From: Cyanobacteria bacterium P01_C01_bin.70
Lineage (GTDB): Bacteria; Cyanobacteriota; Cyanobacteriia; Phormidesmidales; Phormidesmidaceae
Assembly: GCA_039026015.1 (NCBI GenBank)
Contig: JBCCNE010000001.1
Coordinates: forward strand, 5,989 to 69,988
Direction of reading: 5' to 3'
DNA: 64,000 nt
A program made the translations under genes and the position numbers. The notes beneath the pieces were generated by a model, which was given only the letters and a program-made list of their open reading frames with translations, was not told the DNA's origin and made no database searches. Below, in pieces: positions 57,501 through 64,000 of the stretch; positions within the stretch are counted from its first letter, which is position 1, and each line of letters begins with the position of its first letter.

Positions 57501-58165
57501 GGAAACTTTTATCTACCTTGCAGAAGCGCGACTCCTCCATATCTGCCTTTTCTTTGAATTCCAAAAAGAATATTTTTGCCACAAGTATATGGAGCGAAAA
57601 CTATATTATGGTTCAAGATGCTATTGACTCAAGAAAAGCAGTTACGACATTGAAATCATCGCTAGGCTCTATTTGCTCAATTGCTTTTAGCTCGAATGGA
57701 GAGAATCTATTTGTCGTTAACGAATTTGCAGATTTAGAAGTATGGAGCATATCAAAGAAGAAGCGCCTAGAGACTTTCAAGATCTCAAGCTCCGAAGATA
57801 AGTCAATGATTACATTAGGTTCACACGGTAAAGCTGTCGCTGTAGATCATGAAAAATTTATAAGTGTTCTGAAGCTCGGCAATAACAATGCTTACTTCAA
57901 AGAGGTATGTAGATTCGAGGCGCATAAAGATAATGTTGTCTCACTATGCTTTCATGAAAATAATCGTTTTCTTGTGAGTACTGGAAAGGATGAGTCTATA
58001 AAACTCTGGAAGCTCGGACAGGATAAAGCTGGTTGCATTAGAATCTTTAGAGCTACAAAGCCATATGAAGGGATGAATATTACCGGTACGACCGGATTAA
58101 CCGAAGCTCAAAGAACTTCATTAGTTGCCTTAGGTGCTATTAATTGTTCTTCTGAAAACGGCTAA
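54572..58165 (+). CDS. Mirror copy: HTH-NB-ARC-WD40 protein
   Basis: Identical to 9630-13223. Confidence 0.9.
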   Translation: MSKRQRGVVLTEYGLGKLEAAIAAAQDAEKFGNRFTQAEIEERVGSSRKTIKKIRDRSAPVDKASVEALFSAFGLKLETADFGQLEPTAPQRTSTTKIDWGEKPDTAIFFGRSEDLTTLNQWIQAEQCRVVTLLGMGGIGKTSLAAKLADQIYEQFDYVIWRSLREAPPLDEILVRLIQFLSDQQETEINLPSRLGERIIRLLHYLREHRCLLVLDNLESILQAESTGQFRDGYEGYGELIHRIGEAEHQSCLLLTSRECPRELAPMAGDRFPVRLWSVTGIDTEAGREILKTKGLELDEADTQGQELIDRYSGNPQALHLVATAIQREFLGDVDDFLEEEGAAVEDVRSLLDQHLTRLAPLERSILFWLAINREPVGLDELMEDLLPPVTKREVRSALRGLSDRYLIETVGKQFTLQNVIMEFATDRFVERVSEELNTQKFDLFHTHALIKATAKDYVHKTQIRLVLKPISIFLESKFLNMEALFESLVSVMTGNFNSFARLSYLSGNCLNLVSCVKKKISGIDLSNKAILQADLSRINLLDVNFNNSKFINCKFIRFSEGVSAIEVNCDGSVIAIGYKSGKIDIWRSSNLEKSLSIPEESSGPILSLSFNYLGSFLASSNQSSHEIKIWCVSTGKCLKVLSGHRAQVRTVLFSPKFNQLASSSDDKTIRLWNISKGNQIATFNNYKWTTDSISFDTSGDRIIGSSWDKSVRGWNIESGECIAEWQKIIGIRRQSAWTVSFVDNIFVASSGSEDGSIKIWDISNGKCWKILNENVDRIWSVHFNHSGHVLATIKGSNLSIGLWSTKTAKLIDSLNGHNAQVNLLAFSSDDSTLVSSSVDQNIKVWDLKSGVCRSSLETYMNITNAVDINFSKNLLIAGGTDQIVRIWDIESGNFIKNIEGHSGNITSVAMSSNENTLASADSGGIVKIWHLSTGRCLYTFVGHYNSVKSIAFGQDEETLFSVGSDGIVNHWSIKTGKLLSTLQKRDSSISAFSLNSKKNIFATSIWSENYIMVQDAIDSRKAVTTLKSSLGSICSIAFSSNGENLFVVNEFADLEVWSISKKKRLETFKISSSEDKSMITLGSHGKAVAVDHEKFISVLKLGNNNAYFKEVCRFEAHKDNVVSLCFHENNRFLVSTGKDESIKLWKLGQDKAGCIRIFRATKPYEGMNITGTTGLTEAQRTSLVALGAINCSSENG

Positions 58166-58178
58166 AAATCTAAATGGG

Positions 58179-58441
58179 CTATCCTTGTAAGATCTTCTCA
58201 GCGCCTAACCCTAAATCCGAAAAAATTAGCGGCTCGATTTGACTTTTCCCTGTGTATTCCGCCGCCTCATACCACCCCTCCAGTAGCGTACACACCGTCA
58301 CCATTTCCTTCAGCGGGTCACATATCCAGTATTCCGGAATATCCAACACGCTATACTCTGCCCGCTTCGCCCGATAGTCCGTGCTCTTCGTAGACTCGCT
58401 CACCACCTCCACCCCAGCAACGGCGGCGGCTCATTCAGGCG
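58179..58441 (-). pseudogene. Mirror copy: partial Uma2
   Basis: Identical to 9354-9616. Confidence 0.8.
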
Positions 58442-58498
58442 CATTTAATCAGTAAGCTAAACTGGTAGCGACTTAAAGATACCTGTTTCAGTAAACCA

Positions 58499-58762
58499 AT
58501 GGCACTCTCACTCACCCCTGAGCTCCAACAGTTCGCTGATCGCCAAATCGCTAGCGGCAAATTCGCTTCTCTAGATGACATCTTGCTAGCAGGATTGCAG
58601 GCCTTGGCTGAGCGCGAGCAGATTTATCAGGGACGTTTTGAAGAACTGCGTGACGAAGTCTTGCTGGGTGCCCATGAAGCTGAGCGCGGCGAATTGCTAG
58701 AAGCCTCCACCGAAATTGACGTCATTCGTCAGCATCTTCGCAGTCGCCACGCTGAGCCATGA
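58499..58762 (+). CDS. Mirror copy: ParD-like antitoxin
   Basis: Identical to 9033-9296. Confidence 0.83.
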   Translation: MALSLTPELQQFADRQIASGKFASLDDILLAGLQALAEREQIYQGRFEELRDEVLLGAHEAERGELLEASTEIDVIRQHLRSRHAEP

Positions 58763-59065
58763 GTCGAGTCTGCCGCATTACCCCTCGCGCCAGTCAGGAT
58801 ATTGAGGACATTACAGACTACCTCGCCACCCACAGCAGCCTCGACCGGGCAGAAACATTCTTGAGTGGTATTGATTCGGTACTCCAGCGGATTGCTCAAT
58901 TCCCTCAAATTGGCCGTAAGCGGGATGAACTCTATCCTAAATCTGCGGAGCTTGCCTTACAAGCAATACCTGATTTTCTACCGTTTACTGGATGATGCGA
59001 TCGAAGTTTTTCGAGTCGTCAGTGGTTATCAAGATTTGACAGCCATATTTGAAGTTGACGAGTGA
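58759..59065 (+). pseudogene. Mirror copy: frameshifted ParE toxin
   Basis: Same frameshift as 8730-9036. Confidence 0.83.
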
Positions 59066-59071
59066 AGGATT

Positions 59072-59653
59072 TTACGACTTCAGTATTTTTCGATTGGTCA
59101 CCCGCAATTCTGAAAACAACGGTGATTCAATAGGGAGTTCTTCAGCGAGTTCTGCTGTTTCATACCATCCCTCCAACAGCGTACACACCGTCACCACCTC
59201 CTTCAGCGGGTCACAGATCCAGTATTCCGGAATATCCAACACGCTATACTCCGCCCGCTTTGCCCGATAGTCCGTGCTCTTGGTAGACTCGCTGACTACC
59301 TCCACCACCAGCAACGGTGGTGGCTCATTCAGGCGAATTACTGCTTCCCGCTCTTGCAATGTCTCCCATTGCTCTAGCGTCAGCACCGTCACATCCGGAA
59401 TGCGCACCGTATCCCAAGCTTCCCCCCGAGGCGACTGCAAGCCGACCGTTCCCGCCAGCGCAATCCAGGGCTGCTGTAAACGCTCAATCTCATCATCCAA
59501 GATGCGCTCCAACCGCTTGATGATAGCTCCGTGGCGACCCGTCCCTAAACTCATCGGCAGCAGCTCTCCATTCACCAACTCATAGCGAACGTCGCTGCCA
59601 TCGTCATAGGCCAGATAGTCTTCTAATGTGAAGCGTTGAGTGGCGATCGCCAT
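59072..59653 (-). CDS. Mirror copy: Uma2 endonuclease
   Basis: Identical to 8142-8723. Confidence 0.9.
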   Translation of the reverse strand: MAIATQRFTLEDYLAYDDGSDVRYELVNGELLPMSLGTGRHGAIIKRLERILDDEIERLQQPWIALAGTVGLQSPRGEAWDTVRIPDVTVLTLEQWETLQEREAVIRLNEPPPLLVVEVVSESTKSTDYRAKRAEYSVLDIPEYWICDPLKEVVTVCTLLEGWYETAELAEELPIESPLFSELRVTNRKILKS

Positions 59654-59950
59654 CGGTTCGTTCGTCACAGTGACAGTTCCCTCATTCTAGGCGTTCTACT
59701 ATTGATTCAGACGCATGGGCTGAGTTCAAGCAACTACGCTGGACGCATCAATAATTCCAACAGCCATAGGGCTTCAAGATCTGGATCAGGCGCTGAACGA
59801 GTTGTGACAGGCTTCGCTAACGACCGAGGGTTAGGACTCTCGCAATCGATGACCACGAGGAGTTTAACTGTTTGGGGATATTGCCGCAGTGAGCGATTCA
59901 TAAGCACCTCAAAATTGAACAGCAATGGTAGCCCCCTGAGATAACGGGCT

Positions 59951-60187
59951 TTAATTTCGGAGAGATTCGGTGATGACGGCGATCGCCCACAAGCAGAACA
60001 CCACCACCAACGCCCGCAGCGCTAGCTTTTCTAACAGCAAAACCATCAGGCTGGCGAGGCCTCCAAAGCTGAGCACCTGAGCCAATACATACGTCACCGT
60101 GCAACCGGCCAACCCCAGTAAAAAGTACTTCAACGATTTCGTGGCTGCCTTAAAGAGCCAACTGTAGGAATGCTGTTGTCGCATCAT
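59951..60187 (-). CDS. Mirror copy: small membrane protein
   Basis: Identical to 7608-7844. Confidence 0.62.
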   Translation of the reverse strand: MMRQQHSYSWLFKAATKSLKYFLLGLAGCTVTYVLAQVLSFGGLASLMVLLLEKLALRALVVVFCLWAIAVITESLRN

Positions 60188-60278
60188 GGTGTTTACTCCT
60201 TGAGCTGATGCCTGTAGCGGTTCGCTAGTTGAAGAAAGCTGGGAGGGCATCGACTGTACTGCCCCCCATGAATCTGGA

Positions 60279-60665
60279 TTAGAGGTTCTGCAAAGCATTG
60301 CTGTGGACGTAGGCGACGCCCCCATCCGTGGGAACTACCATCCATTGGTTACAGCCCATATCCCAGACTTCGCCCATGACGGTGACTTGAGCCCCCACTG
60401 CCAAGTCAGCGATGACTGGCCCCTCAAAGCCGTAACCGACTCGTAGCGGCGTTTTTGTGATCGTCACCGCCCGGTGATACTGGCTAGGATCAAGCGGTAC
60501 TGTCTCACCAATGCGGAATCCTGCCGTCCACGACTTATCGACGCCGCAAATCTCAGTTACCAATGGAGCCGGAGGTGTTTGAGCCAGTGCCACCGGCATC
60601 ACAGCGGCGCTGACAGGCGAGAGCAGCGCAAACGTGCCTAATTCTAAAACGGTTGATTTCAACAT
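60279..60665 (-). CDS. Mirror copy: secreted SH3b-like protein
   Basis: Identical to 7130-7516. Confidence 0.62.
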   Translation of the reverse strand: MLKSTVLELGTFALLSPVSAAVMPVALAQTPPAPLVTEICGVDKSWTAGFRIGETVPLDPSQYHRAVTITKTPLRVGYGFEGPVIADLAVGAQVTVMGEVWDMGCNQWMVVPTDGGVAYVHSNALQNL

Positions 60666-60916
60666 GACGGTTTCCTCAAAGCTGAACATGAGGCCAGTAT
60701 TGAAAAACCGCCACGATTCCACCAGGAAACTTGAGTGCCTTAAGCGAAAGTTGGTAGAAACTTTTCACAGACTACTTTGTGCTGGACGTAACGCTCTATT
60801 TATATGAGTTTCAGCGTCTAGGCACTTTCTAGAAAGATCGAATATAGTCGATGCAAGCACGCAGAACTTTCCGCTAACTTTCTGATTCTCCTGTGTCGTC
60901 ATCTGCCCCCAGTCCT

Positions 60917-63900
60917 ATGAGCAAGCGTCAACGTGGTGTCGTTCTCACCAATCACGGCAAAGAAAGGTTAGAAGCTGCGATCGCAGCAGCCCAAGAACGG
61001 GAGAAGGATGGCAAGCGCTTCACTCAAGCTGAGCTAGAGGAGCGATCGTACCTCAGTACCAAGACCATCAAAAAGATTTGCCAAGCTCAGGCCGGAGTAG
61101 ATAGATCAAAAATCGAAGATTTGTTTCGAGCGTTTGAGTTAACCCTGGAGGCCGCCGACTATGGAGTGCCAGAAGTAACTACAGCAGAGCTTCCGCAACA
61201 GAAGTGGCGCGATCGAACTCCAAAAATCGACCTCTTAGAAGCCCCAGATGCCTCCATTTTTTACGGTCGGGAAGCAGAAATGCTGCTACTACGGCAATGG
61301 GTTCTGGAAGACAAATGTCGCCTGATCGGCCTGATCGGGATGGGCGGCATGGGCAAAACAGCCTTATCAGTAAGGCTCGTAGAGAGTGTTCAGGCAGAGT
61401 TTCAATACGTTATTTGGTGCAGCTTGCGAGAGGCACCTCCAGTGGAAAAGATATTGGGAGAAGTCGTCAGGTTTCTATCAGACCAGCAGGAAGCCGATTT
61501 ACCAGAAGCTATTGCGGATGCCTCAACAAGGCTTGTGCATTATCTAAATCAGGCACGATGTTTAGTGATATTGGATAATGCGGAGTCAGTTCTAGCGGGT
61601 AATGCCCGTGCTGGGCAGTATCGTGATGGCTATGAAGGCTACAGCACCCTGATCCAGCGAGTGGGAGAGGCACGACATCAGAGCTGCATAGTCCTGACAA
61701 GTAGGGAGAAGCCTAAAGAACTAGCAAGATTAGAGGGCCGGAGTAGCCCAGTGCGATCTTATGTTTTGCAAGGTCTGGAGGAGTTTTCAGGTCAAGAATT
61801 TCTAAAAGCAGAAGGGATAGATCGTAAAGAGTCCTCATGGAGACAAGTATTTAACTATTACAGTGGTAATCCCTTAGCCCTTAAGATCGTTGCCAATATT
61901 ATCCGCGATCTTTTCAGCGGGAACACGGATACTTTTCTGAAGCAAGGATCAGGAATCTTTGGTGATATTTATGATTTACTTGATCAACAATTTGAGAGGC
62001 TAACAAAAGCAGGACAATCAATACTATATTGGTTGGCCATCAATCGAGACGTGACATCGATTGAAGAGCTAAAAGAAGATTTAATCGAAGAAGACATCAG
62101 TCAAAACATATTAGAAAATCTGGATTCACTGAAAAGACGATCTTTAGTTGAGGTTAGAAAAGAAGGTTTTACTCTTCAAAATGTAATTATGGAGTATGTT
62201 ACCGAAAGGCTGACGACCAAAGTGAAAACCGAAATCGACAGTCAGGAAATTATTCTTTTGAACAGCCATGCTCTACTTAAAGCTACAGCTAAGGATTATG
62301 TAAGAGAAACTCAGGCTCTATTGATACTTAAGCCGACAAAAGAATATTTCGAGCAGCATGGCAAGACTTTACTAGATTCCTTCAGAAGGCATTTGAAAGA
62401 ACAACCAACATTAGCGAAAGGCTACTATGCAGGAAATCTATTTAACCTCTTATTTTATTCAGGCTCTACGAAGTATGACTTTAAAGACTTCTCTGAGTTA
62501 GTAATTTTACAGGCTTATCTTGGAAATTCTGAGCTTCACGGCTTGAATTTTCAAAAGGCTGATTTCAGAAAATATAGAGTTCATTTTGATTTTGGTTCTA
62601 TAAGCTGCATAAAATTCAGTAAAAACGGTAAATTTCTGGCAGCAGGTGGCAATAAGGGAATGACTTGTATTTGGCGTTTCCCAAACAAGAAGTCATACAT
62701 CAAGCTAGAGAAATGGGGCATCTCAGTGTTTTCCACAAATCTTGCCACTTGGATAAACACCTTGGACTTTACACAGGATAATAGTTTCTTGGCGACAGGA
62801 GATGACGGATATCAAATCAAACTTTACAACTTAGAAACTCTAGGTCCATCCACAGTTACACACTTCTTTACAGGACACACTGAGGCTATCTCAAGCCTAG
62901 TTTTCAACCAAGATGGTTCTAAATTAGCAAGCTGTAGTTCTGATAAGACAGTAAGAATTTGGGATGTTTCCAATCATAAGTGTGTTCATAGCTTCAAAGA
63001 GAAGGATAGCTGGTTTTGTTGCTTGGCTTTTCATGCAAACGGTAATCTCTTGGCCGGAGGAGGCTTCAATTATATAAAGCTGTGGGACATCAAAAAACAA
63101 AAATGTGTTCATAGCTTCTTACAGCCAACAGGGCGGATTTTTTCTTTGGCCTTCAATGAAGACCTAAATATTTTGGCGGCAGGAGGAAGTGACGGAGTTA
63201 TTTGGATTTGGAATTTGGACAGCAAACATTTTTGCAAACAGCTTTCAGGGCATACTCAACATGTTCATGCTATTGCATTTAGCCCAGATAAGAGAAAGAT
63301 GGTGAGCAGTGGCGACGACAACACTATACGTCTTTGGAATGTCGAGGATTTCAAGTGTGAGCATGTCTTTAAAGGCCATAGAAACTCTGTTCATGCTTTA
63401 AGCTTTGATTCGACTAGCAGTTTATTGGTTAGTGGAAGCTTCGACTGCACTATTAAGTTTTGGGATATCCAAGCTAAAAAATGCACCCAAACTTTCAAAG
63501 GTTACAGTAACGCAACTTATGCTGTTGAAACACTCTCAAATCAAGATTTAATTGCTAGTGCATACGAAGACATGTCTATTCGTGTATGGAGCTTAAGTCG
63601 CGAGGAAGTTGTACAAAACTTATCTGGACATACAGACTATATAAATTCAATAGCCATTCATCCCAACAATAATATCTTGGCAAGTAGCTCTGATAATGGA
63701 GAAATCATTCTCTGGGATTTGGAAGATGGAGGTTCGTCTATTCAGTTTGTAAAAAACCCTGGATATGCGAACTGTCTTTGCTTAACTTTCTCTATTGATG
63801 GAGATTTTCTCGTTTCAGCAGGGAGTGATTCTTGCATTAGGATCTGGGATCTGAAAAAACGAAGTTTTACAACCGAGCTATTAGGCCATACCAAAACAAT

Positions 63901-64000
63901 TAAATCCTTGTCATTTTCCCGGAGCGGAAAATTATTAGCTAGTGCTAGCTCCGATGAAACAGTCAGGCTTTGGGACTTTCCAAAGAGATCTTTCTTAGGG
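60917..64000 (+). CDS. Mirror copy (cut by the window edge): HTH-NB-ARC-WD40 protein
   Basis: ATGAGCAAGCGTCAACGT at 60917; reverse complement of 3795-6878. Confidence 0.88.
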   Translation, partial: MSKRQRGVVLTNHGKERLEAAIAAAQEREKDGKRFTQAELEERSYLSTKTIKKICQAQAGVDRSKIEDLFRAFELTLEAADYGVPEVTTAELPQQKWRDRTPKIDLLEAPDASIFYGREAEMLLLRQWVLEDKCRLIGLIGMGGMGKTALSVRLVESVQAEFQYVIWCSLREAPPVEKILGEVVRFLSDQQEADLPEAIADASTRLVHYLNQARCLVILDNAESVLAGNARAGQYRDGYEGYSTLIQRVGEARHQSCIVLTSREKPKELARLEGRSSPVRSYVLQGLEEFSGQEFLKAEGIDRKESSWRQVFNYYSGNPLALKIVANIIRDLFSGNTDTFLKQGSGIFGDIYDLLDQQFERLTKAGQSILYWLAINRDVTSIEELKEDLIEEDISQNILENLDSLKRRSLVEVRKEGFTLQNVIMEYVTERLTTKVKTEIDSQEIILLNSHALLKATAKDYVRETQALLILKPTKEYFEQHGKTLLDSFRRHLKEQPTLAKGYYAGNLFNLLFYSGSTKYDFKDFSELVILQAYLGNSELHGLNFQKADFRKYRVHFDFGSISCIKFSKNGKFLAAGGNKGMTCIWRFPNKKSYIKLEKWGISVFSTNLATWINTLDFTQDNSFLATGDDGYQIKLYNLETLGPSTVTHFFTGHTEAISSLVFNQDGSKLASCSSDKTVRIWDVSNHKCVHSFKEKDSWFCCLAFHANGNLLAGGGFNYIKLWDIKKQKCVHSFLQPTGRIFSLAFNEDLNILAAGGSDGVIWIWNLDSKHFCKQLSGHTQHVHAIAFSPDKRKMVSSGDDNTIRLWNVEDFKCEHVFKGHRNSVHALSFDSTSSLLVSGSFDCTIKFWDIQAKKCTQTFKGYSNATYAVETLSNQDLIASAYEDMSIRVWSLSREEVVQNLSGHTDYINSIAIHPNNNILASSSDNGEIILWDLEDGGSSIQFVKNPGYANCLCLTFSIDGDFLVSAGSDSCIRIWDLKKRSFTTELLGHTKTIKSLSFSRSGKLLASASSDETVRLWDFPKRSFLG

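Larger units (their letters stand above)
3795..64000. repeat. Giant inverted repeat (palindrome, no spacer), arms >=30.1 kb, axis 33897/33898; the right arm runs off the window
   Basis: ORFs have mirror partners with identical translation whose coordinates sum to 67795 (e.g. 28402..33837+ / 33958..39393-). The centre reads GATTTTGTACA|TGTACAAAATC. Spot checks found no mismatch; a full alignment was not run. Confidence 0.98.

Noticed and set aside
33898-64000. Treating the right arm as a second, independent gene set
   Set aside because: It is an exact mirror, including pseudogene lesions, so it adds no independent evidence; it is most likely the opposite strand of the same DNA
1-64000. CRISPR array, or GCGATCGC as an element-specific repeat
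   Set aside because: No regularly spaced repeat-spacer units were seen; GCGATCGC is the genome-wide cyanobacterial HIP1 octamer

Overview
Cyanobacterial accessory DNA (frequent HIP1 GCGATCGC). The dominant feature is a spacer-less palindrome folding between 33897 and 33898 (...ATTTTGTACA|TGTACAAAAT...): position x mirrors 67795-x, so 33898-64000 is the reverse complement of 3795-33897 and only about 33.9 kb is unique. This is either a hairpin telomere of a linear replicon read through the tip or a fold-back assembly artefact. The unique arm, left to right, contains: (1) an integration hotspot with three dead tyrosine recombinases, 3' fragments of tRNA-Phe and tRNA-Cys (att-like) and a RelE/ParE-type TA pair; (2) two HTH-NB-ARC-WD40 (NLR-like) genes with homologous divergent promoters, flanking a Uma2 gene and a ParDE pair; (3) an 11.5-kb co-oriented conflict/signalling operon: Trypco2, CHAT protease, iSTAND-like protein, MoxR, vWA and three proteins ending in FGE/C-lectin domains that look like DGR targets; (4) a deleted cyanobacterial conjugation module and a 1.8-kaa Strawberry-notch helicase/Toprim gene ending 60 bp from the fold. 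No protelomerase, reverse transcriptase, intact tRNA or CRISPR array was recognised. All domain calls are by motif recognition, not database searches.
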